Source: a virus. Taken from it: a stretch of 64,000 bases of DNA. The DNA lies in IMG/VR virus record IMGVR_UViG_3300030329_005244; one strand, given 5' to 3'. Under the pieces are notes generated by a model, which was not told where the DNA came from, did no database searches, and worked only from the letters and a program-made list of their open reading frames with translations. Shown one piece after another: positions 56,894 through 64,000 of this stretch (position 1 is its first letter; the number at the start of each line of letters is the position of its first letter). Position numbers and translations under genes: made by a program.

Positions 56894-57496
56894 TTAATAT
56901 TCCTTAAATAAATCAAATTCCCTTAAGTCCCTATATGGAGGATTCTCGGGAATATCTGGATTGTCCTCTGGGAAGTTTTGCATCAATGCTAAGCCGTGAG
57001 CGGCTTCTTGAGGCGTCATATACATATTCCACCCATTAAGCCAGATGTTGTCATCGTGATACTTCACAGGGCTGCGACCTTCATAGCGGGCCTTCTTGAA
57101 CCAATCAACCGCCTCTTTGTTGTCGGTTAAAATCATCCCCCCTTTTCCAATCTTCAAGTGCTTCTTGATGTGAAAAGAGAGAGTCATAAACGCACCGGGA
57201 ATATACATTCCCGAAGTAAATCGCTTAGCAGCATCATAAATGGGATAAGGTTTGAGTTGATAAACTCCTTGCCACTCTCTGTCATCAAATTTTAAAGTGC
57301 CTCCTGCGTGCAATATAGATTGCGGCACAGAAAGATAAGTACGAGCCGGGATGGTTACCTCGGAGATGCCCAAATGAGTACAACACAAAAATAAAGCGCT
57401 CGTACAACTATCAACTGATACTGCGTAAGGGGCGCCTGTATAATCGGCTACCGTTTCTTCAAACATTTCAACAATCTTAAAAGGATTGTGCCTCAC
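56894..57496 (-). CDS. Short DegT/DnrJ/EryC1/StrS-family PLP aminotransferase (200 aa)
   Basis: FEE.VA.YTG..YAVSVDSCTSAL, V.IPA.TY, DAAK, SFHIKKHL..GKGGMILTD, GWNMYM. Confidence 0.8.
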   Translation of the reverse strand: MRHNPFKIVEMFEETVADYTGAPYAVSVDSCTSALFLCCTHLGISEVTIPARTYLSVPQSILHAGGTLKFDDREWQGVYQLKPYPIYDAAKRFTSGMYIPGAFMTLSFHIKKHLKIGKGGMILTDNKEAVDWFKKARYEGRSPVKYHDDNIWLNGWNMYMTPQEAAHGLALMQNFPEDNPDIPENPPYRDLREFDLFKEY

Positions 57497-57885
57497 ACTT
57501 TCTCCAAAATAAAATATTTAATTTTGTAGCCATTCTTACTAAACAAATTAAAACTGGCTAAATTACCTGTCTTAACTTTAGCCAGAGCGCCAGGGTGTGA
57601 CTTGTGAATCTCTTGGAGCATAAATGACCCAACCCCTTTTCCTTGATGGTCGGGATGGGTAGCAACCCGAATATCGTCATCTATAACGCCAATATAACCC
57701 GCAGCCTTATCATTTGCAAGACAAATGTAAAAACATTCTCCATATTTGGACATATATTTTTTTTGTTGGTCTTCGGTAATGTGTTCTTGTTGAATAAATC
57801 CTTGTCGCACACCATCCAAATTTCGGAGATTTCTAATGAACTCCCAATACTTTTCTTCGTTTTTTACGAATGTCAGAGTGGCCAT
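57493..57885 (-). CDS. GNAT N-acetyltransferase (PseH-like)
   Basis: IRNLRN...I..D.Q..Y; HPDHQGKGVG acetyl-CoA motif; N.AS..LF.K.GY. Confidence 0.8.
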   Translation of the reverse strand: MATLTFVKNEEKYWEFIRNLRNLDGVRQGFIQQEHITEDQQKKYMSKYGECFYICLANDKAAGYIGVIDDDIRVATHPDHQGKGVGSFMLQEIHKSHPGALAKVKTGNLASFNLFSKNGYKIKYFILEKV

Positions 57886-58673
57886 ATGTCTACTTGATCT
57901 CCAAATTTGTCACCACTCTTATACCAATAGTGGGTGAGATAGCCTCGGGTATGCTTCCACCCCTCCAAATTCAAAAGAGGGTTGAGGCAACTACCAATAT
58001 CCAAAAAAGTATTATGAGGATTGTCCTTAAAACAATCGTGAATCACAAAGTTACTTAAACTCGCTGCTGAGCACAGAATGACGTGATTTCGTATCTTATT
58101 CTCTTCAATATATTTCCGTACTTCCTCGGCTATATGATAATCGTTAATCATGCAGTTAGAGCCAATTTCAAAGGCTTTCTTTACATCAAAGGGGAGCCTG
58201 TCTAAATTAGCAAGCTTGTTGACTACATAAATAATATCTCGATGGGCAAAAAGAGGAACCATCTCCTCCACAAACCGGCGATAATTGGCATTAATGAGAA
58301 GATTAGAAAAAGTAAGATGATCATCTTCCCCTTGGTGCAGTTCTAATTGATATTTGAAATTCTCCACCCCCACATGTCCATCGGAGGGAGTGCAAATGCC
58401 TTTAAAATAACGGGGCTGTGAATGTTGAAAACATTCAATCAATTTCTCCCGATATTTCTGGTGTTTCTCGGGATAAAATTCTTTTTGTTCTTCCTCTGTG
58501 TAGACGTTGGCACCTTTAATATCGCCAGTAACATAGTGCTTTTCAGCCAGCACTACCGTCTTGTTTTGCATAATGAACAATTCGCCATCCGAAAACCGCG
58601 AAAAAGCGAAGTTCTCACCACGCTTTAGCATTCCCAAAATCTTATCAAATTCTCCTTGAAAAGTTTTACTCAT
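57873..58673 (-). CDS. GT-D fold (DUF1792-like) glycosyltransferase
   Basis: FAFSRFSDGEL N-terminal motif and FLDIGS C-terminal motif. Confidence 0.65.
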   Translation of the reverse strand: MSKTFQGEFDKILGMLKRGENFAFSRFSDGELFIMQNKTVVLAEKHYVTGDIKGANVYTEEEQKEFYPEKHQKYREKLIECFQHSQPRYFKGICTPSDGHVGVENFKYQLELHQGEDDHLTFSNLLINANYRRFVEEMVPLFAHRDIIYVVNKLANLDRLPFDVKKAFEIGSNCMINDYHIAEEVRKYIEENKIRNHVILCSAASLSNFVIHDCFKDNPHNTFLDIGSCLNPLLNLEGWKHTRGYLTHYWYKSGDKFGDQVDIWPL

Positions 58674-59658
58674 GAAGTTCCTCTAATAATATCTCTACAA
58701 TCTGCTGTGAAGCTGTGCCGTCCCCATAAGGGCAATCAGCCTTGGGGATGTGATCCCGAAGAACATTGTAAAAATTCTCCTCAACATTGTTTAAATCAGT
58801 CATATACGCAAACTCTCCCATTCCTTCAACACGCTCCGTATAATCTCGACACACCAAGCTCTTCTTGCGAAAGAAAGATGATTCTTCCTGAATTCCGCCG
58901 CTGTCCGTAATCACCATAAAAGCAGATGCCATCAGTGGCAGAAACTCTGCGTAAGGCATTGGTGGAACTACCTTAACGTGCTTCAACAAATCCTTGTGCT
59001 TATAAACGTTAGGATTGGGATGGATGGGAAGGATAAACTCAAACTTGGGGTTCTCTCTCGCCAACTTATCAAATTTAGCAAACCACTCTGGAATAAGGTG
59101 GTGATTTTCGCGCCGATGCATGGTAATCACCACACGATAAGTATACATGGGAAAATAATGGGAGAGATTGTCCAACACCGTATTTCCAACAGTAAAAATC
59201 TTACCATCCACCTTTTCTTTTTTTAAATTATCGGCACTAATCTCTGTCGGAGCCAGATGAATGTCTGCCAGCGATGAGATGGCTCGCCTATTAAACTCTT
59301 CTGGATAGGGGTGGTACTTATTAAAAGTTCTCAGCCCTGCTTCCAGATGAATAACTTTAATCTTTCGGTGAAATGCCGCCAGAGCCACTGCAAATGCCGA
59401 TGTCGTATCGCCCTGGACGATGACTGCCTTAATGCCCTCGAAAATATCATCACGATTCATCACCGAAGACACAATCGAATCCAGACGATTAGAGCCCTCT
59501 TCGATTTCTAGCCGACTCGTGTGGGCATCAACATGGGCCAACAAATCCGTATGCTGTCCCGTGAATAACACTCGAAAAGGAATTTCTCCTCTCATCTCCG
59601 CCATCAAGGGCTTGATTTTAATATACTCGGGTCGTGTGCCAAAACTGATCAAAATCAT
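58666..59658 (-). CDS. wecB: UDP-N-acetylglucosamine 2-epimerase (non-hydrolysing)
   Basis: GTRPEYIK, TGQH, VQGDT, HLEAGLRT, PEEFNR, GNTVLD, TMHRREN, HPNP, TDSGGIQEE, TER.E, PYGDG.AS. Confidence 0.95.
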   Translation of the reverse strand: MILISFGTRPEYIKIKPLMAEMRGEIPFRVLFTGQHTDLLAHVDAHTSRLEIEEGSNRLDSIVSSVMNRDDIFEGIKAVIVQGDTTSAFAVALAAFHRKIKVIHLEAGLRTFNKYHPYPEEFNRRAISSLADIHLAPTEISADNLKKEKVDGKIFTVGNTVLDNLSHYFPMYTYRVVITMHRRENHHLIPEWFAKFDKLARENPKFEFILPIHPNPNVYKHKDLLKHVKVVPPMPYAEFLPLMASAFMVITDSGGIQEESSFFRKKSLVCRDYTERVEGMGEFAYMTDLNNVEENFYNVLRDHIPKADCPYGDGTASQQIVEILLEELHE

Positions 59659-61271
59659 AATTTAACTCCTCGCACCGTTTTCCATCCCCCACGTAAGCCC
59701 GTCTGAACACAATTATCTCTTTCGCCAAAGAACTGCTTGTGGGAAATAGCGCTATTGGTTGACGTTGCTTTGTTATCTATTCCCAACTCGTTGCCTAGCA
59801 CCGATCCATGCATTTCCACGTCCTGTGGGGGGTGTGGAGGGCAGTAAGTTTTTATTCCGGCATACTTCTGTGCTAGATAAGAAAATTGTATATCTTCGCC
59901 ATTGTGCCAGGTTGTAGGCTTTTCACGCCAGAGGTATTGTAGCCACTCTCTTTTGAAGAACCAGGCATGCCCCACCAGGTCCACCTCTGTCGTCTGAGAG
60001 TTCTGAGTGGGCCACCCACATCGGTCGTGCTGTACATACTGAGAGCCTTTAAGGATGACTCCTGCGCTACCCAAAATACCTTCCGTTTCGGACATCGTAT
60101 TTAGACAATTGTCAAACCACTTGGTTCCTGGGACAGTATCGTCATCAAAGATAGCGACAAATTCAGTATCCACAAGCAACGCAGCAGCGAATCTGCCATA
60201 GAATTTCCAGTTAAAATCGTTGTGAAATACCCTGTCAACATCAAGCGAAGTAAAGTCAAAATCTTTATTATCCTCGTGGGCGTTTACCCAAAGCCAAATC
60301 TGTTTAGGTGCCCTTGTTTGATTGCGAATCGCTTCAATCTGCATCTTCAAATTGTAAGGACGCCTGTAGGCGTTCAAGATGACGGTGATGTCGGCTTCTT
60401 TTTCTTCTTTTTTGTCAACCCTTTGAAGTGCCTCGGTAATTTTACCAAAAACCACATCACGTTGTTGCTCCACGAAATCAATTAATTGCTCTCCTTTGTA
60501 TTCTCGAAACCAATCTTCGGATGTACAGCCGTTCAGCGAATTGGTGGACAACTTAAGCCCAAGCATTCGGGCTTCCACCACAACTCGATTAAAACTTTCC
60601 AATACTTTAGGAAAAAAAACAAGCCTCTCACATGGAGCCATTTGAGAAATAAAACCCTCGTATTCGGGAGATGCTATTAAGACAGCGTGCCACTGGCGTT
60701 TAGAGCAAAATTCTACTGCCTCGCGAGCATTCTTAATAGGATTAGCGCTATTCAACACCGCCGCAACCGGCTGATGTTCGCTTTGAGCATATTTCCGCAA
60801 CACCTTAATCTGTTTTTCAGACCACAAACTCATACCGAGATTGATGACATTCTGACTTCTTAAGTTCCGCTGAATGCAGCTTGCATGAATTTTAGATTGA
60901 GCAAAAACATTCTTGGCGTGAACATAGAATTCTTTAAATCTAATTCTGTCGGGGGGAACAAGAAAGTCTTTATAATGGGAGGGATCTCTCTCCACAATGT
61001 ATTTGTGATCATGTTCCAGAATGCTATAGCATCCGCGAACCTTCATCAATTCTTCATAAGCCGTTGTGGTAAGATTGCAAAAATTAGAAACGATAAACTG
61101 AAAACCGCTTTTTCTATACAAGCGGATGTGCTTATCGGTAATAAGGTGGCTTCTAAAGCGTATGACTTTGTGTCCTGATTTTTTCAACAATGAAATGAGG
61201 ATGCCGTCATAAATTTCAGCACCCCCCTTCACTTGATCTTCAAAAAAATCAGAAATAAAAATTATCTTCAT
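59655..61271 (-). CDS. Two-domain glycosyltransferase (N-terminal GT-B-like plus C-terminal GT2/GT-A)
   Basis: N-terminal GGAE...ESFNRVVVEARMLG; C-terminal ITVILNAYRR...VAIFDDDTVPG...GEDIQFS. Confidence 0.8.
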   Translation of the reverse strand: MKIIFISDFFEDQVKGGAEIYDGILISLLKKSGHKVIRFRSHLITDKHIRLYRKSGFQFIVSNFCNLTTTAYEELMKVRGCYSILEHDHKYIVERDPSHYKDFLVPPDRIRFKEFYVHAKNVFAQSKIHASCIQRNLRSQNVINLGMSLWSEKQIKVLRKYAQSEHQPVAAVLNSANPIKNAREAVEFCSKRQWHAVLIASPEYEGFISQMAPCERLVFFPKVLESFNRVVVEARMLGLKLSTNSLNGCTSEDWFREYKGEQLIDFVEQQRDVVFGKITEALQRVDKKEEKEADITVILNAYRRPYNLKMQIEAIRNQTRAPKQIWLWVNAHEDNKDFDFTSLDVDRVFHNDFNWKFYGRFAAALLVDTEFVAIFDDDTVPGTKWFDNCLNTMSETEGILGSAGVILKGSQYVQHDRCGWPTQNSQTTEVDLVGHAWFFKREWLQYLWREKPTTWHNGEDIQFSYLAQKYAGIKTYCPPHPPQDVEMHGSVLGNELGIDNKATSTNSAISHKQFFGERDNCVQTGLRGGWKTVRGVKL

Positions 61272-62527
61272 TAGTCAAACTCTAATATTTCTTCTTCCAC
61301 GCGCTCTGACGAGATTCCTATGGCGGCACAAACTGCCTCTACCATCTCTGCATACTTCTTTTCTTTGGAAAACCTATCTTGCACTTTTTGGGCATACTCG
61401 TCAAATGTTCGCTGCACTTCTTCTGCGTTCTCGCCGGTTAAGTGGATATAACACTGGCGCATTTGCTGCCGTGCCGATTGTTCACGGGGATAAGCCCAGC
61501 CCGATTCCTTAATAATCACATTTTCCCACACTACAGGCTCAGGAACCGCTTGAATATCATATGCGACATCATAAAAGCATGCCTTGTTTTCCTCTTTGTC
61601 GAACAAAAAGTCAAGCTGCCCAGACCACCCGGCACAAATGACGGGAACACCGGTATACGCACACTCAAAGAGAGGCAAGCCAAATCCCTCTCCGTGGGTA
61701 AGCGCCACCAATGCTTTAATCTTTGGATGTTTATAGAGAGAATGCATCTCTTCATCCGTCATATCCCCATGAAGGAGATATACCTTACATTTTCTATCGG
61801 CATATTCGGTGTTTAAGAGTTGCCGCAAATTGTGAAACATCTTTTCTCTATCCATAAGACAATTCTTCGCAATGTTGCTTTTCAAAACAAGCCCCACTTC
61901 CTCATGGCGAAATTCTTCAACAAACCATTTAATGGTGTTAACAAGATTCTTCCGAGGGCCAAATTGAGCCACTGTGAGAAAATTGAAATCATACTCCAAC
62001 TCAAGTTCCACTGGGGGAAGATTATCAAACTGCTTGGCTGGATAATTCACTGTTGTAATTGGGGTGTTTAATCGAACCTCGAATGATTCCTGTGTTTGGT
62101 TATTTGTGGCAGTATAGGTGGTGTTCTTATAAGAATCACGAGCATGATCCGACACCACCACAATACCATCCATCAAATTGCCACGCTGGAGCCACTGAGC
62201 AGCAACCTGCGTAGTTTCAATACCGGCTGTATAGCCAATGTTAATAGGGGCTATTTTGTCCCATTCATTAGGAATAGTAACTTGAAAAGAAGCATCATAC
62301 TGACCTCCTTGTTGGACATAAGCAATTGTCTTTTCGATGGCATCATCAATCCACTTCCTATCCACAGTATCTTCGTTTACCCATGAGGTTTGTCCCCACT
62401 GGAGGGGTTGGATGAAGATTTCAAACAAATCTGGGCGCGACTTGAGCGCTCTTAAAGCAAAACGAGATTGCTCGCCGTATCCGCTTCGCGTCAACAGCGG
62501 TCCTCTAAAAAAGATTTTCTTTTTCAT
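61271..62527 (-). CDS. Glycosyltransferase family 4-like (GT-B)
   Basis: SGYG, RKN, GEGFGLPLFECAYTGVPVI...WSGQLDF; ATG 62527 (SD GGAGG, ATGA overlap). Confidence 0.88.
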   Translation of the reverse strand: MKKKIFFRGPLLTRSGYGEQSRFALRALKSRPDLFEIFIQPLQWGQTSWVNEDTVDRKWIDDAIEKTIAYVQQGGQYDASFQVTIPNEWDKIAPINIGYTAGIETTQVAAQWLQRGNLMDGIVVVSDHARDSYKNTTYTATNNQTQESFEVRLNTPITTVNYPAKQFDNLPPVELELEYDFNFLTVAQFGPRKNLVNTIKWFVEEFRHEEVGLVLKSNIAKNCLMDREKMFHNLRQLLNTEYADRKCKVYLLHGDMTDEEMHSLYKHPKIKALVALTHGEGFGLPLFECAYTGVPVICAGWSGQLDFLFDKEENKACFYDVAYDIQAVPEPVVWENVIIKESGWAYPREQSARQQMRQCYIHLTGENAEEVQRTFDEYAQKVQDRFSKEKKYAEMVEAVCAAIGISSERVEEEILEFD

Positions 62528-63807
62528 GCGACCTCCTTCAAGTGCCATCGCTTATAGCCTTTGCGTGTATCCCAAGAGCCATGCTTTTCTACAATCTTGT
62601 CCATCGTGTCTATCCATTGTTGTTGGAATTGAGCAAAACTATAGCGCTCCTTAACATGCTTCATTCCTCGACGGGACATTTCCTTATATTTTTTATCAGT
62701 TACCCTAATTGCCATCTTCATGACGCGATTAAAATCATCTTGGGACATCCTATCTTCGTAAATATAGGGCACCTGGAGGGAGCCAATCACAGACTTGGAA
62801 GCGGGCTTAATACCCCACCCAAACCAGTGCTTACCGTTTGTCACTTGCTCCTGCAAGCCACCTGTCATGTTCACAATAATGGGAGTTCCACATGATAATG
62901 ATTCGAGTGTGGAAAGCCCGAAGCCTTCCGCATCAGAAATGTTAAGAGTAAAATCGGCAGCGTTATAAAGAGCTGCCAAGTGTTGCGGCTCCACTTTGTT
63001 GGTGGAGAGCAACACTTGCCCGTCGCTAACACCTAGATGTTCAATAATGTGAGGCAAGTCCTGCCCATGAGGATCGCGAGCGTCCGTGTGCATCAAGAGT
63101 GTAGCCTTGTCGTGCCCCACCTTATCCAAGAACTCCTTGAACCACCAAATCAGAGTGCCGCTTTGCTTGCGGCGAGCATTTCGGTTGTTCCAAAAGAAAA
63201 TCTTCTTATTGGGATTAAAATACTTTGTACTAGAGTGCAAAATTTGATGGCGCGTGTGAAAGGAACGCGCAGTATCCTCATCATTGCTATAAGGATAGAA
63301 CACCTCACCTTTTACTGCATGAGGAAGATAATGAGTAGATACGGAAGGAGCCACTTCATCTACAATTTTCTTAGTAACTTTAGAAATACACACCACCTCG
63401 TCAGTAGACCGATAAAAAGGACCGTTATACGCAGGCGCAGGGAAGTTGTCCCACACATGATAATATACCATGGGCATATTGGCTCGAATTTCATTTTCAA
63501 TCTCCCATAGCCAGCCAAAGAAACGCGGGTCTGTCATAAACCACAATACGTCTGGACGTTCTTTTTGAATAATTGAACGAATTGTCTCATGGTTTCCATA
63601 CCCATCCACAGGAAAGATTCTCCAATCATTATCCCACGGATCAACCCGCATCATGCGATAATCTTGATGCTTAATAGCTGCACCAAGGCAAATAAAAGAA
63701 TATCTCCCCGTATGGAGAAGGGTTTCAATCATATTCTTCGTTTGTGTCCCTACCCCGCTTGGACTGAGCGGGTGATCTGCTAATACTAATACTTTTGTTT
63801 TTTTCAT
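62524..63807 (-). CDS. Glycosyltransferase family 4-like (GT-B)
   Basis: SGVG, PHAV, NRNARRK, LYNAADF...SDAEGFGLSTLESLSCGTPII...GG; ATG 63807 preferred. Confidence 0.88.
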   Translation of the reverse strand: MKKTKVLVLADHPLSPSGVGTQTKNMIETLLHTGRYSFICLGAAIKHQDYRMMRVDPWDNDWRIFPVDGYGNHETIRSIIQKERPDVLWFMTDPRFFGWLWEIENEIRANMPMVYYHVWDNFPAPAYNGPFYRSTDEVVCISKVTKKIVDEVAPSVSTHYLPHAVKGEVFYPYSNDEDTARSFHTRHQILHSSTKYFNPNKKIFFWNNRNARRKQSGTLIWWFKEFLDKVGHDKATLLMHTDARDPHGQDLPHIIEHLGVSDGQVLLSTNKVEPQHLAALYNAADFTLNISDAEGFGLSTLESLSCGTPIIVNMTGGLQEQVTNGKHWFGWGIKPASKSVIGSLQVPYIYEDRMSQDDFNRVMKMAIRVTDKKYKEMSRRGMKHVKERYSFAQFQQQWIDTMDKIVEKHGSWDTRKGYKRWHLKEVA

Positions 63808-63809
63808 TG

Positions 63810-64000
63810 TCATCCTGCTGAACACACCGTGTTCAAAATTAGTCTCGTGACAACATAGGGATCGCAGTTAGAATTGGGGCGCCTATCTTCAAGATAGCCA
63901 CCGCCAGGATATCCTCTCTGCACATCCTTGGCACATTGCCACGGAATACGAATGGAGGCGCCTCTATCCGAAACCCCCCATTTGAAATCTTTATAGGAGC
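63810..64000 (-). CDS. glnII: Glutamine synthetase type II, C-terminal fragment (gene starts beyond the right edge)
   Basis: Not in the ORF track. Manual translation: [21 protein letters not shown]...[18 protein letters not shown]..., the GSII C-terminal signature; TGA at 63812-63810. Confidence 0.88.
   Translation of the reverse strand, partial: SYKDFKWGVSDRGASIRIPWQCAKDVQRGYPGGGYLEDRRPNSNCDPYVVTRLILNTVCSAG

Larger units (their letters stand above)
42761..63807 (-). other. Phage-encoded nucleotide-sugar biosynthesis, modification and glycosyltransferase locus (about 23 contiguous co-oriented genes)
   Basis: Uninterrupted run of sugar enzymes and GTs with overlapping start/stop codons. No flippase (Wzx), polymerase (Wzy), ABC exporter or initiating phosphoglycosyl transferase is visible in the window. 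Confidence 0.85.

Noticed and set aside
296-63783. Numerous plus-strand and short nested minus-strand ORFs in the ORF track (e.g. 2685..3227, 7262..7939, 35242..35769, 56343..56843)
   Set aside because: All overlap longer motif-bearing minus-strand genes and have no recognisable motifs; treated as shadow ORFs.
42761-63807. DNA hypermodification cluster as the primary explanation of the sugar genes
   Set aside because: No thymidylate-synthase-like hydroxymethylase, TET/JBP-type or aGPT-Pplase genes recognised in the window; not excluded genome-wide but unsupported here.
1-64000. Alternative genetic code (stop-codon reassignment, as in some huge phages)
   Set aside because: Genes are full length under code 11, and TAA, TAG and TGA all serve as stops at sensible, coupled gene ends.
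1-64000. CRISPR array, tRNA, rRNA, structured ncRNA, intron/intein or IS element
   Set aside because: Intergenic gaps are at most about 60 nt; I saw no spaced direct repeats, cloverleaf, transposase or intein motifs by eye.

Overview
This 64-kb window is best read as part of a large (jumbo/huge) contractile-tailed dsDNA phage genome. Essentially every credible gene is on the minus strand, densely packed and often translationally coupled (ATGA/TAATG overlaps), in the standard genetic code. Transcription runs right to left through five blocks. (1) The 3' end of a type II glutamine synthetase. (2) A 21-kb locus of about 23 genes for nucleotide-sugar synthesis, sugar modification and glycosyl transfer: GT4 x2, a GT-B/GT2 fusion, WecB, GT-D, GNAT, a short DegT, methyltransferases, a 2OG-Fe(II) oxygenase, RfbH, a C-methyltransferase, epimerases, a HAD phosphatase, a cupin, split RfaE/HldE, a sulfotransferase-like protein, DUF962 and RmlB. 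(3) A short regulatory junction with an FmdB zinc ribbon and a gp55-like sigma factor. (4) A 35-kb baseplate/tail block: DUF2272-type hydrolase, gp5-like, a 2174-aa unknown, gp25, gp6/J, a DNRLRE-like protein, a 3450-aa LamG protein and tail-collar-like proteins. (5) RuvC, primase, two probable head-internal proteins and a fused Mre11(SbcD)-Rad50(SbcC) gene that the ORF track missed. The most interesting signal is a selective enrichment of the tripeptide [S/T]-[G/A/S]-S in a subset of outer virion proteins, directly downstream of the phage glycan locus. This suggests a phage-encoded virion O-glycosylation system with its own sequon, which is a hypothesis and not demonstrated. Family calls come from motif recognition by eye. 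No database search was run and motif counts are manual.
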